64,000 nt of DNA from Squalus acanthias (taxonomy: Eukaryota), in assembly GCA_030390025.1 (NCBI GenBank), contig CM059438.1:8184001-8248000 (forward strand), in the 5' to 3' direction. Positions 11,779-24,934 of the stretch are shown here, piece after piece. The translations under genes and the position numbers were made by a program. Below the pieces are notes generated by a model, which made no database searches, was not told where the DNA came from, and saw only the letters and a list, made by a program, of their open reading frames with translations. Position 1 is the stretch's first letter. Each line of letters opens with the position of its first letter.

Positions 11779-14515
11779 TACTTATTGTCCCAGAATAGGT
11801 TTCCTTGTGTTTTTTTTTTATATTCGTTCCTGGGATGTGGGCATCGCTGGCAAAGCCAGCATTTATTGTCCATCCCTAATTGCCCTTGAGAAGGTGGTGA
11901 GCCGCCTTCTTGAACCGCTGCAGTCCGTGTGGCGAAGGTACTCCCACAGTGCTGTTAGGGAGAGAGTTCCAGGATTTTGACCCAGCGACGATGAAGGAAC
12001 GGTGATATGTTTCCAAGTCAGGGTGGTGTGTAACTTGGAGGGGAACTTGCAGGCGATGCTGTTCCCATGCGCCTGCTGCCCTTGTCCTTCTAGGTGGTAG
12101 AGGTCGTGGGTTTGGGAGGTGCTGTTGAAGAAGCCTTGGCGAGTTGCTGCAGTGCATCTTGTAGATGGTACACACTGCAGCCACGGTGCACCAGTAGTGC
12201 AGGGAGTGAATGTTTAAGGTGGTAGATGGCATGCCAATCAAGCGGGCTGCTTTGTCCTGGATGGTGTCGAGCTTCTTGAGTGTTGTTGGAGCTGCACTCA
12301 TCCAGGCAAGTGGAGAGTATTCCATCACACTCCTGACTTGTGCCTTGTAGATGATGGAAAGGCTTTGGGGAGTCAGGAGGTGAGACACTTGCCGCAGAAT
12401 ACCCAGCCTCTGACCGGCTCTTGTAGCCACAATATTTATGTGGCTGGTCCAGTTAAGTTTCTGGTGAATGGTGACCCCCAGGATGTTGATGGTGGGGGAT
12501 TCGACGATGGTAATGCCGCTGAATATCAAGGGGCAGTAGTTAGACGCTCACTTGTTGGAGATAGTCATTGCCTGGCACTTGTGTGGCGCAAATGGCACTG
12601 AACACTGTGCAATCATCAGCGAACATCCCCATTTCTGACCTTATGATGGAGGTAAGGTCATTGATGAAGCAGCTGAAGATGGTTGGGCCTAGGACTCTGC
12701 CCTGAGGAACTCCTGCAGCGATGTCCTGGGGCTGAGATGATTGACCTCCAACAACCACAACCATCTTCCTTTTTGCTCGGTATGACTCCAGCCAGTGGAG
12801 AGTTTTCCCCCCGATTCCCATTGACTTCAGTTTTACTAGAGCTCCTTGATGCCACAATCGGTCAAATGTTGCCTTGATGTCAAGGACAGTCACTCTCACC
12901 TCACCTCTGGAATTCAGCTCCTTTGTCCATGTTTGGACCAAGGCTGTAATGAGGTCTGGAGCCGAGTGGTCCTGACGGATCCCAAACTGAGCATCGGCAA
13001 GCAGGTTATTGGTGAGTAAGTGCCAGTTGATAGCACTGTCGACGACACCTTCCATCACTTTGCTGATGATTGAGAGTAGACTGATGGGGTGGTAATTGGC
13101 CGGATTGGATTTGTCCTGCTTTTTGTGGACAGGACATACCTGGGCAGTTTTCCACATTGTCGGATAGATGCCAGTGATGTAGCTGTACTGGAACAGCTTG
13201 GCTAGAGGCGCAGCTAGTTCTGGAGCACAAGTCTTCAGCACGACAGCCTGGATGTTGTCAGGGCCCACAGCCTTTGCTGTATCCAGTGCGCTCAGCTGTT
13301 TCTTGATCTCACATGGAGTGAATTGAATTGGCTGAAGACTGGCTTCTGTGATGGTGGGAACCTCAGGAGGAGGCCGATATGGATCATCCACTTGGCAGTT
13401 CGGGCTGAAGATGGTTGCAAATGCTTCAGTCTTGTCTTTTGCACTCGTGTGCTGGGCTCCACCATCATTGAGGATGGGGATATTCCTGGAGCCTCCTCCT
13501 CCCGTTAGTTGTTTAATGGTCCACCACCATTCATGACTCGATGTGGCAGGACTGCAGAGCTTTGATCTGATCCGTTGATTGTGGGATCGCTTAGCTCTGT
13601 CTATAGCATGCTGCTTCCGCTGATTAGCATGCATGTAGTCCTGTGTTGCAGCTTCCCCAGGTTGGCACTGCATTTTTAGGTACGCCTGGTGCTGCTCTTG
13701 GCATGCTCTTCTACACTCTTTATTGAACCAGGGTTGGTCTCCTGGCTTGATGGTAATGCTAGAGTGAAGGATATGCCGGGCCATGAGGTTACAGATTGTG
13801 GTGGAATACAATTCTGCTGCTGCTGATGGCTCACAGCGCCTCATGGATGCCCAGTTTTGAGCTGCTAGATCTGTTCTGAATCTGTCCCATTTAGCACGGT
13901 GGTCATGCCACAGAACACAATGGAGGGTGTCCTCAGTGTGAAGACGAGATTTTGTCTCCACAAGGATTGTGTGGTGGTCACTGCTACCAATGCTGTTGTG
14001 GACAGATGTATCTGTGACAGGTAGATTGGTGAGGACGAGGTCAAATAGGTTTTTCCCTCGTGTTGGTTCTCTCACCACCTGTCGCAGGCCCAGACTGGCA
14101 GTTATGTCCTTCAGGACTCGGCCAGCTCGGTCAGTAGTGGTGCTACTGAGCCACTCTTGCTGATGGACATTGAAGTTCCCCACCCAGAGTACATTCTGTG
14201 CCCTTGCTACCCTCAGTGCATCTTCCAAGTGGTGTTCAACATGGAGGAGTATTGATTCATCAGCTGAGGGAGGGCAGTAGGTGGTAATCAGCAGGAGGTT
14301 TCCTTGCCCGTGCTTGACATGAAGCCATGAGACTTCATGGGGTCCAGAGTCAATGTTGAGGACTCCCAGGGCCATTCCTTCCCGACTGTATACCATGGTG
14401 CCGCCACCTCTGGCGGGTCTGTCCTGCTGGTGGGACAGGACATACCCAGGGATGGTGATGGAGGAATCTGGGGCATTGGCTGAAACATATGATTCTGTGA
14501 GTATGACTATGGCAT

Positions 14516-14874
14516 GAGGGACTTGAGCACATAAAGCTAGGCTGACACTCCAGTGCAGTGCTGAGGAAGTGCTGCACTGTTGGAGGTGCCGTCTTTCGGA
14601 TGAGACGTTAAACCGAGGCCCCGTCTGCTCTCTCAGTTGGACGTAAAAGATCCCATGGCACTATTTCGAAGAAGAGTAAGGGAGTTATCCCCGGTGTCCT
14701 GGCCAATATTTATCCCTCAACCAATATAACAAAAACAGATTATCTGGTCATTATCACATTGCTGTTTGTGGGAGCTTGCTGTGCGCAAATTGGCTGCCGC
14801 GTTTCCCACATTACAACAGTGACTCCACTTCAAAAAGTACTTCATTGACTGTAAAGTGCTTTGAGACGTCCGGT
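14516..14874 (+). mobile_element. SacSINE1/DeuSINE-like SINE (5' truncated) inserted in the LINE
   Basis: Matches SINE body; flanked by TATG on both sides. Confidence 0.85.
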
Positions 14875-14934
14875 GTAAAGATTGGAGTATGTCAGGCTGT
14901 TGCCTGACTCAATGTGGGACAGCTCTCCCAATTT

Positions 14935-15188
14935 TAAGAACATAAGAACATAAGAAGGCCCTTCGAGCCTGCTCCGCCATTCAATGAGATCATGGCTGAT
15001 CTTCTGCCTCAACTCCATTCACCGGCCCCATCGCCATATCCCTTGATGCCCTTACTAGTCAGAAATCTATCGACTTCTGTTTTGAATATACCCAATGACT
15101 GAGCCTCCACAGCCCTCTGGGGTAGAGAATTCCAAAGATTCACCACCCTCTGTGTGAAGAAATTTCTTCTCATCTCTGTCCTGAATGG
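14935..15188 (-). mobile_element. CR1 3' fragment inserted in the LINE; TSD CAATTT
   Basis: RRNFFTQRVVNLWNSLPQRAVEA; CAATTT at 14929-14934 and 15189-15194. Confidence 0.9.
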
Positions 15189-15871
15189 CAATTTCGGCAC
15201 AAGTCCCCAGATGTTAGTGAGGAGGACTTTGCAGGGTCAACTGGGCTCGGTTTGCCATTGCCGAAGCCGGTGCCAAGTTCGAGGTCGATGGCGGGTGGTC
15301 GGTCTGGTTTTATTCTTATTATTGTTTTTCGGAGCGGTTGTGTACAACTGAGCTGGGCCATTTCAGAGGGCAGTTTAGATTGCTGTGGGTCTGGAGTCAG
15401 ATGTAGGCCAGACCGGGTAAGGACGGCAGATTTCCTTCCCTGTAGGATATTAGAGAACCAGATGGGTTTTTACAACAATCCGATAGTTTCATGGTCACCA
15501 TTACTGATACTAGCTTTTTATTCCAGATTTTATTTAATTAACTGAATTTAAATTCTCCAGCTGCCGTGGTGGGATTTAAACTTATGTCTCCGGATCATTA
15601 GTCCAGGCATCTGGATTATTAGTCCAGTAGCATAACCACTATGCTACCGGTCCCATCAAGCCTAATGTCAGCCATGTGGCTGCAACCAAGCTGGAAATTT
15701 ATAATTTAGAAAACAGCTTTATCTTTGGATATATTATGTATATTATTAATTGTGGTTACAGGAGAGTTGTTGGGAAAGATAATATGCGTATGGTTTTTCG
15801 TGTCAGCATTTTCGCAGGTTTGGTTGTGAAAGCTATAAATAACATAGATGTGTGTTTGGATACTAAATGTC

Positions 15872-16305
15872 AGTGGTTAAGCAGCGCTTCGATTTCAAAA
15901 TTCTCATCCTTGTTTTCAAATCCCTCCATGGCCTCGCCCCTCCCTATCTCTGTAATCTCCTTCAGCCCCACAACCCTCCGAGATATCTGCGCTGCTCTAA
16001 TTCTGCCCTCTTGAGCATCCCTGATTATAATCGCTCAACCATTGGTGGCCGTGCCTTCTATTGCCTAGGCCCTAAGCTCTGGAATTCCCTCCCTAAACCT
16101 CTCCTCCTCTCTACCTCTCCTTCCTCCTTTAAGACGTTCCTTAAAACCTACCTCTTTGACCAAGCTTTTGGTCACCTGCCCTAATTTATCCTTATGTGGA
16201 TCGGTGTCAAATTTTTTGTCTTAAAATACTCCTGTGCAGCGCCTTAGGACGTTTTACTACGTTAAAGACGCTATATAAATACAAGTTGTTGTTGTTGTTG
16301 TTGTT
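15872..16305 (+). mobile_element. L2 LINE 3' fragment
   Basis: FKILILVFKSLHGLAPPYL...GGRAF...PKLWNSLP...FKTFLKTYLF; (TTG)n tail. Confidence 0.9.
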
Positions 16306-16421
16306 GATTACCTGGTGCATACAGTAACTATGTGTACATTACAGCCCTTTAAGAGTGGACTTGACAAGTTCCTGTGGGGAAGGACATTGGGGCATGTGGA
16401 GAAGGTTCTTGTGATATTTAA

Positions 16422-16978
16422 GCAACTAGAATACTGCGTGCAGTTCTGATCACCACATTACAGGAAGGATGTGATTGCTCTAGAGAGGGTGCAGAGGAGA
16501 TTTACGAGGATGTTGCCTGGGCTGGGGAATTTTAGCTATGAGGAAAGATTGGATAGGCTGGGGTTGTTTTCTTTGGAACAGAGGGGGCTGAGGGGAGACC
16601 TAATTGAGGTGTATAAAATTATGAGGGGCCGAGATAGAGTGGGTAGGAAGGACCTATTTCCCTTAGCAGAAGGGTTAATAACCAGGGGGCACAGATTTAA
16701 AGTAATTGGTCAGAGGTTGAGAGGGGAGTCGAGCAGAAATTTTTTCACCCAGAGGGTAGTGGGGGTCTGGAACTCACTGCCTGAAAGGGTGGTAGAGGCA
16801 GAGACCCTCATCGCATTTAAAAAGTACTTGGATATGCGCTTGAAGTGCCGTAACCTACAGCGCTACGGACTAAGTGCTGGAAAGTGGGATTAGGGTGGAT
16901 AGCTCTTTGTTGGCCGGCACGGACAAGATGGGCCGAATGGCCTCCTTCTGTTCTGTAAATTTCTATGATTCTATGATA
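16422..16978 (+). mobile_element. CR1 LINE 3' fragment
   Basis: LERVQRRFTRMLPGL..SYEERL..LGLFSLE..RGDLIEVYKI; ATTCTATG tail. Confidence 0.9.
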
Positions 16979-18151
16979 ACAAGAGTAACTATGTTATTCT
17001 AGAGCTTGCTTGATTACCTTAAGGAGTTAAGGAGAAATTTCCCACAGCTTTTCTTGAAATTGGCAACAGGTTTTCTTTCCTCTGTGATTGACAGCTCTTG
17101 CCTCCTCCGGAACTTGGCATTATGAGTGGTTGAGGAGGGCAGTGCACAAGGTGGGGATCCTGGACATTGGTGGGTCTGATGGTCTTTTACTAGCCCTTCT
17201 TTTCATATTTCTGGGTTTTAATAGGGAAGACCTTTGCTGCATGAAGTAAGATCGGTGGTGGGGGGGGGGGGGGGTCGAACCTGAACTGGCAATTTGATCA
17301 TTGCACGATCGGTTCAATCTAAAAGACCACATACTTTTATGTAAGGTTACACACTAGCTCCTATTTTTTTTGATTTGGGACCAATTGGACAGTTCTTTCA
17401 AAGAGCCGGCACTGAGGAGATTGGCCTTTTTTGCATAAAAGCAAAATATAAATTAAAAAGTTGTTTTGTGGGAATCAGCTTAATGGATGGTCTGCTGATT
17501 TAATGTTTCTTTTTTTAAAAGTGATATTCTGATATGTCAACTCTCCCCTAATTCTCTCACTTGTTCCTGTACACACCCCCACCTGCCCCGCCCCACCCCC
17601 CATTTCTAGGTGATGGCTCAGCCAGGGGTACGGCTCAGTACTGGAAACTCTTCAGTATCTCGCCCAAATGGCCAAGCTTTATTTGTGGCCATAAACATTG
17701 GAAATCTAATCAACCATGGAGCCGGGTCTGATCATTTTCTCGCCCAGTATCCACAGACATGTACCTCCCCAGTAGGGGGGCCGTTGGACAGCGATCGGGA
17801 ACGTTGATTTTACCATTAAAAGTCAACGACATTGTGGCCAATTGAAACCCACCAACCCATTGCCACACTGCAAAAAAAAAAAAAATTCCGCACAAACCAG
17901 TGATCAAACCTGTGAACTTCCTGGTCTGAATCACTCCGATACAGGTATCGCCTTATAAGAGCGTCAGTCATTCAGTCACATTTTCTTTAGATGCGACTAG
18001 GCCATCTGAACTTTGAACTTTGCTTTCACCCACCACATACTTAAGTAAAAAAAAAAACGAATTGCGAAGAATTCAACGGCAAGCAAAGCTTGGCTTCGTC
18101 AGGTCAAACCCCCCCCACCCCCACCCAAGATATATATAATCAGAAAACGTG

Positions 18152-18806
18152 GGCCTAAGAATTGGATCGCGCCCGAATGAGGGCAGCGTTTTACAGGCGT
18201 AAAATGTGCGCCTAAGCGTCCAATATGGCGGGCGGTGTGCGCGCGCTCATCCCGCACCGGAAGTGAGCTGCCCGCCCTAACGAGGCTGATGGCAGGTCTA
18301 AGTAAAGTTGTTCCGCTGCCCTCATTACTGGTGAGCTGCGGGCACCAGTTGCGGCCTCTGAAGCAGCCCGCCTGTCCCGGGAGGCGACGAGATCGGCCGG
18401 TTCAGATGCCAGCCGAGGTCCTCAGGAGAGTCCCGGGGGAGGCAATCGGGAGGCGGGAGGCGGGGGGTGGGGGTGGGCGCGCGTTAGCGGCCCACAGATT
18501 TATTGTGGGCCCAGGAGTGCTCCTGCTCCTCCCGGCCCTACAGGAAGGTAATTAAAAAAAGATCAAACTTGCCTTCAGCACCTTTAAGGACCCCTGGTTT
18601 AGCTGCCAAGCGCCTGAAGAAAGGGACCACAGCATGCACAGCGCACGGCCTGTATCAGGTGCAAGGCCTGGATGCCTACGATGAGGGCGGACCAATGTGG
18701 GGGGGACAGCTCACTTCCAGCACGTGCACACCGCCCGACATAATGGACGCTTAGGCACCCGCTTTACGCCTGTAAAATGCGCACAGCACGGTCGAATTTC
18801 TAGGCC
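18152..18806. mobile_element. Harbinger-type MITE, 3-bp TSD GTG
   Basis: TIRs GGCCTAAGAATT / AATTTCTAGGCC; GTG on both flanks; subterminal IR ttttacaggcgtaaa / tttacgcctgtaaaa. Confidence 0.8.
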
Positions 18807-19923
18807 GTGAAGTTTAAACAGCACGACAGCTTTGGAAGGAGCAAGTGTACGTTAATACAAATATAAATGTCAAATCACTTTCTTAGCTCTCTTCACAAAG
18901 TATAATGCTGAAAGGAATTGATGTGCACCATGAGCTGAACCCTCAGCACCTCTTCCACCACGGAGATTCATTCAGCCATCTGTCCGTGACTGAAGGCGCA
19001 CTCTACGTCACAAATGAAGTGCTCCCTCCATCAAGCAGAGAAGACGGTTGTGTTCACACTGGAACTGTAGCATACCGATGTTGACATTGCCGAGTTTTTT
19101 TGGGTTGAACCCATTTTGGGAATCCATCTTTCGCGGTTTAATCCTAAAATCAGACTGCTTATTGCTAAAGTAACAGCTACAGTACCCAGCCCCATGCTCT
19201 GTTGGTGTTCCATCTAATTGCCACTGACATTCTCCTCAACCCGAATAAGATCTATAATAATTACTGCACAATCCTTAGACATTTAACAGCATCAATTACT
19301 ATTCAAATCATGACATTATCTCCAAAGTGTAGCGATCAATACTGGTCTAACTGACTGGGAAGTTCACGCTGATTTATTTTATTCACAAACACGTGTGTCT
19401 GTTTTCAAGAACAGTTGTCATCCTTTTCCACTTACGCTTGCAAATGTGAAGTAACTGTGGCAAACGTCCCCGGTGACATGCTGGATTGTGCCTCATGCAT
19501 CTTCCCGCTACACAGACAGCCTACACCTTCAGGGCATATTGCCTTCTTTCTTCTACCCAGGTTAGACAATCAACGCATGCGGTGTGGAACATGTGGACGG
19601 CATAATTATGGCAGGCAGCAGCTGGATTCCAAACAAGCTAGCTGCTTACAGCAAGTTGTCATCGCTAAGTACCTGCATCAACTTGCACGTGGACATGGGA
19701 GCCCCATCCCAGTGCGGCCAACACTCTTCTCACTCCACTTGTCCATCTGTTCCAATGTGTAGCAGCCCAAAGCACCTCAATCCTCATGACAACATGTGCT
19801 ACCATCTAAGCTAACCAGGCTGTACTAACGCCTGTCCTGGTTTCTTTCTAGCAAAGGCACACAGAGCAGGTAACCAAACCAGCGTGTAAAAATACTGGAG
19901 GTCATGCAAACCACCTAAGGAGT

Positions 19924-20129
19924 ACAATTACTGCAGGGTAGACAATCTACCCAGGGAGCACAATTACCAGAGGGCACGAGGACTATTTAGGTCATACAAT
20001 TACTGCAGGGTAGCCAGTCGTCCTGAGCATACAATTATTGCAGGGCAAGCAATTCAACCAGGGAATGGAATGACAGCAGTAAAATCTCGTCCGAACGTTC
20101 TTGAGGAGAGGCAGATAATTACTGCAGGA
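19924..20129. repeat. Degenerate ~36-bp minisatellite
   Basis: Core ACAATTACTGCAGGG (variants) at 19924, 19960, 19996, 20031 and 20115. Confidence 0.65.
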
Positions 20130-20429
20130 GATACATTTAACGCAAGGCATATAATAGTGTATGTCCCTCATACTCGAGGATGATGATGCCAACAAAAGAG
20201 GTTCATGGTAGATGGGTGCGTTAATGACTGTACAGACCAATACACGACAGACATTGTCTACCACTAACTCTCACATAACCCCTTCCTGGGAGGGTTCTCC
20301 TGTTAATCATTCGGACTCTTGCGTCTTGCCCCCACACTGGTACAGCATTGTAGCTCAAAGCCCTTCACTCCTTCTCTCACTTCAGCACGCTAATTGTCGT
20401 CTGTCAATGGCCAGGGTTTCCAATGGGTC

Positions 20430-21530
20430 AATGACCATGTTGCACTGCTTCAAGTGAATCCTCAGTGTGACCTTGTAATGCCCTTGTTGTCCACCCTGCT
20501 TTCTTCTGTCATCCACATTTCTTCATAAAGCACCTGCTTCAATAACCGTACATCATCCATCCTAACAACATGTCCAGCCCATCGGAGTTGAGCACTGATT
20601 ATCACAGCCTCAAGCTGCTGCTATCAGCACATTCCAGTACTTCGTTGTTACTGACTTAATGTCAGTGTTCTGTCACCTAATACAAAGTAAGACGCAAAGG
20701 TGACTTTGGAGAAACCCATCCAGCTGTTGAGTGTATTTTCTACAGAATGTCCATGTTAGGACAACCGCCTTATAATCCTTCAGTTTAGTGGCAACTTGAC
20801 ACTGCGTTGATTTCAAACACGCTTGAACAGTTTACCAATGGTCACATTTGTTCTCTGTATGCGAGCCATCACTTCCCTATTGATCTTTACATCAGCAGAT
20901 AGTGCACTTTCAAGATGGGTGAGCTCCTTGATTGCACTCAATTCAGATTCGTCAATAGTGATCGATGGTCTAACATGTGGCTTCCCAGGAGCTGGCTGAT
21001 ACATTACTTCAGTCTTATTCAGTGTAATAGTAAGCCCGTAGCTACTAGTGGAAGCTGCAAATCTATCCATCATCAGCTGATGGTCCACTTTGGAATGTGC
21101 CATAAGGGCGCAGTCACCAGCATGCAGAAGTTCTTGTATAACTTGTTTGGAGACTTTAGTCGATGCTCGCAACCTTGCTAGATCGCACAATTTCACCGGT
21201 GTGTGGATTTGTATCCCAACTGCTGCCTGAAGATCCTGAGTTGCACCATCCAACATGGCCGCATGTAAAGTGCGAATAAAACAGGGTCCAATACACATCC
21301 TTGCTTCGCAGCATTTGAAACAGGGAACGGTTCAGACAGAGTACTGTCTATGCATACACATCCCATCATGGAGTTGTTTGGAAGCAACAAGAACTTCTCT
21401 GGGCAACCGAATTTTCTCATATGCGTTGAAAGTTTTGGCCAAGTCAACAAATGCCATATATAGGGTTTGATTGTGCTCCCTGCTCTTCTATTGAATTTGA
21501 TGAGCAATGGCGATCATGTCCGTGTAGTAT
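20430..21530 (-). mobile_element. RTE-clade LINE reverse transcriptase remnant
   Basis: KFGCPEKF, KQGCVLDP.LF, ELLHAGDCAL, YGLTITLNKTEVMYQPAPG, QLRWAGHVVRM in shifting frames. Confidence 0.85.
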
Positions 21531-21746
21531 ATCACTCTTCAAAACATTTTTTCCCCAGTGAACAGGGCGTACAACTCCTGACAGTGATTGTCCTCCTATG
21601 TATGCATGAGGCATGAGTTGGGGGTCTCTGGTACACTGACTGATACTGCATTTGACCGATACTCCACTTGCTCATTCATTCCATCCATTTTCTCTACTGT
21701 TCATCAACCTTGGATACCTTGGTTCATTCGACAACATACATTATCT

Positions 21747-22160
21747 ACAGCTGTGGCTCAGTGGGTAGCACTTTCACCTCTGAGTCAGAAGGTTGTGGGT
21801 TCTAAGTCCCACTCGAGGGACTTGACCACAAAAATCTAGGCTGACACTCCAGTGCAGTGCTGAGGGAGTGCTGAACGGTTGAAGGTGCCATCTTTCGGAT
21901 GAGATGTTAAACTGAGACCCTGTCTGCTCTCTCAAGTGGGTGTAAAAGATCCCATGACATATTTATCCCTCAATCAACATAACAAAAAACAGATTATCTG
22001 GTCATTATCACTTCGCTGTTTGTGGGAGCTTGCTGTGCGCAAATTGGCTGCTGCCTTTACTACATTCTGACAGTGACTACACACCAAATAGTACTTCATT
22101 GGCTTAAAGAGCTTTGAGGCGTCCGGTGGTCGTGAAAGGCGGTATATAAATGCAACTCTT
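21747..22160 (+). mobile_element. SacSINE1/DeuSINE-like SINE
   Basis: tRNA head, body with internal deletion, L2-like tail. Confidence 0.85.
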
Positions 22161-22699
22161 TTTTTTGATTTCCAAGCAGACAAACAGTACTGTGCTCTAG
22201 GTGGCTCTCATTCAGGGTATACAAGTACTGCCATACAATGTGGAACTTATGGATCTTGCAATTATAGCATACCAAACATCTCTTTCATCCAGACCACGCA
22301 ATTATAGCCAGTCATCCTCATGGTGTATGTATCAGAATTGAGCTTGATACTGTAATGGACGCATGCATGGTCTTACATTAAGACCTCACAACGTATTCTG
22401 CTGAAAAGTTCTATCCAAAACATTATTGCTGGAGCTCTTCTATTTCTTGTTTCTTTCAGTTTCTAGTTCCCTGTATCTCAGTGAACCAACTCCAAGCTCC
22501 TCATCCTTGATTTGAAATCCCTTTAAGGTCTCACCCCACATCTGCTGTAGCAAAAGTGGCATTGTGCTTTGAAAAAAGTCGTCACCAATGCAGTGTCACG
22601 GAGTGTTAGAGCCCTAATGCTCAGTACCACAGATCATGTTCCAATCCACTCCATTCCTGAGCTGAACCACGTTCAACAGGGAGGTGTGAAGCTGAAGAT

Positions 22700-23165
22700 G
22701 TTTTTAATTCATTCTCGAGATATGGGCATCGCTAGCAAACCCTATTGCTCATCCCTAGTGGCTCTTCAGAAGGTGGTGGTGAGCCACCTTCTTGAACCGC
22801 TGCAGTCCGTGTAGTGAAGGTACTCCCACAGTGCTGTTAGGGAGGGAGTTCCAGGATTTTGGCCCAGCAACGATGAAGGAACATAGATATATGTCCAAGT
22901 CAGGATGGTGTGTGACTTGGAGGTGGTGGTGCTTCCATGCTCCTGTTGCCCTTGTCATTTTAGACGGTAGAGGTCGCGGGTTTGGGAGGTGCTGCCGAAG
23001 AAGCCTTGGCGAGTTGCTGCAGTGCATCTTGTAGATGGTACACACTGCAGCCACGGTGTGCCGGTGGTGGAGGGAGTGAATGTTTAAGGTGGTGGATGGG
23101 GTGCCGATCAAGCGGGCTGCTTTGTCCTGGATGGTGTTGAGCTTCTTGATTTGTTGTTGGAGCTG
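22700..23165 (-). mobile_element. 3' fragment of the single-ORF CR1-like LINE family
   Basis: KKLNTIQDKAARLIG...GLQRFKKVAHHHLLK; same 3' UTR as 11820-11880. Confidence 0.9.
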
Positions 23166-24934
23166 TAGCATCTCCCCGTAGATGGCAGGAAAATCCGATG
23201 GAGAAATTCATGCTTGCGCAGTCTTGGCACCTCATAGTGGACCGACTGCAGTGGGTTTTGGCAGTGCCCTGGAAACAGGTCATGTTTCCACTTTCTCAGC
23301 TGTAGAGCTATTAGGCCAGGGGATGAAGAAACAGCAGGGGATACAATTATCAACAAAAAAGTGGGGGGGGGGGGGAACTGGAAAAATCCAAAAGAAATGG
23401 AAAAAGTTAGTCAGAACAGGCAACCTCTTAGTAGACGTATACTTACCAGTGTTAGATACAAACTTATTAATTACTCCTCACAGACTGCTGTTCTTTGTAA
23501 TATTTCTGTTAATTCACTTCAGACATAAAAATGTGACAGGATATGTGGTAAGTGTAGCATGCTTGGGAGGAAAAAGGTGACTTTGGACCAATGGTTCCCA
23601 AAGCTCTCCACCACTGGGCTTTTTCTCGTGTCATGTCTGGACTAACTGAGAGCGATTGGTTGCTATGATTAGGCAACAACTCCATTATCATTCTATCATG
23701 CGACTACCAGGATGGTAGAAGACGAGCTAGATGGACCTTGGGCTTTTGCCGTCTAGCATTTCCTATGTTCCTAAATAATAATACCATACGTTCATTTTCT
23801 AGTGGCACGTTACTCCAACCCACCAGCCTCATAACTATTTCTTCTGCCTGGACGCCCATAGGTTTAACTTCCTGTGTGTGTTATTTTCAGTGCACTGGTT
23901 AATGCATTTCCATCAAATTCGTCTTTGCGCTATTTTAACGCAACCATTAACCCATTTATTTTAAACAGCTTAACAACTGCGTCAAGATAGCACAAACAGG
24001 AATTTGCCATGTGCATGTTGACCAGTGCATTAGAAGTAGCACACGTTGGAAATTAAAGCCTGCGGTGTACTTGCAAATTTTAGATGTTGGCATGGGGTGA
24101 CCAAGCTTGTAGGACTGAAACTTTAACTTAGCATTAGGTTCGAAAGTTGCAGAAGCAGCTTAATACTCAATGCCATCTGTAAAATGAAAGTGTCTATTGT
24201 AACACTATAAAAAAAGGAGTTTGTCATATAAAATACAGACCACCACTAAACTTTATCGTCCTGGAGCTGAAAAGTACACCTCTGCCCTGCCTGATGTCAT
24301 TCCAAAATGAAGAGGCTGTAAAATTTGTGATAGCCTGATTCATGATAGTGTCACATGTTTCACTGTAGGCTCCTGACAGGATTTGTTGTATGACATGCCT
24401 ATCTATTGAATTTTCAAGGAATTGGAAATGGTTCATAGATTCTTTTAATAGTTTTTTCTGTCCGAAACCAAAGTTGTGGTTTCTTGAAGCTAAAACCAAG
24501 ACCGTATTGTTCTTGAATGTGTTCTATCAGGTAGCTTAACGAAGAGTGCAAAATCTCATTGGTAATTTGCTTCAGTCATACCAATCCAAGTATCTTGAAA
24601 TCATAGGGTCACATAGCACAGACTGAGGCCATTCAGCCCATCATGCCTGCTCAAGTTCTTTGAGAGAAGGAGGAAGGAAGGAAGGAAGGAAGCAGGAAGA
24701 AGGAAAGAAAGTGAGCATGGCCCAGTTTCTTAAGTCTTCCCTTCCTCCCACAACCTTTTAAAATCCACACTTGAAATCACCTAACCAGTGCTTCTCAATT
24801 TACTTCATCGCTCCTAACCCTCTTGTGCTCTGTGCTTTGGGGCTTGATGCTTCACTTGGGCTTCTCAATATAAAAATTTCAATTCAAATTAAACTTGTGA
24901 GCATTTTCTTCTAAGAGCTACCGGGCATCTGATA

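Larger units (their letters stand above)
11876..15230 (-). pseudogene. LINE ORF: APE endonuclease + reverse transcriptase (disrupted)
   Basis: ORFs 12540-14396 (618 aa; VGNFN, DLVLTN, SDHH, YHPISLLS, QFG, GVPQG, FADD) and 11876-12529; deletion after FADDCTVFS, plus frameshifts and insertions. Confidence 0.9.
11810..15654 (-). mobile_element. Near full-length single-ORF CR1-like LINE with tRNA-derived 5' head (interrupted by a SINE and a CR1 fragment)
   Basis: 5' head with A box TAGCATAGTGG at ~15636-15646; APE N-terminus KVLLTNIWGLVPK|LGELSH..QQPDI|VILTESY reconstructed across two insertions; RT motifs GVPQG..LGP and FADD; polyA at 11810-11819. Confidence 0.85.

Noticed and set aside
19000-19215. 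Possible host exon on minus strand
   Set aside because: Acceptor-like ttttag is present, but there is no recognisable protein or convincing donor.
19924-20129. CRISPR array
   Set aside because: Vertebrate context, degenerate short repeats, related spacers, no cas genes.
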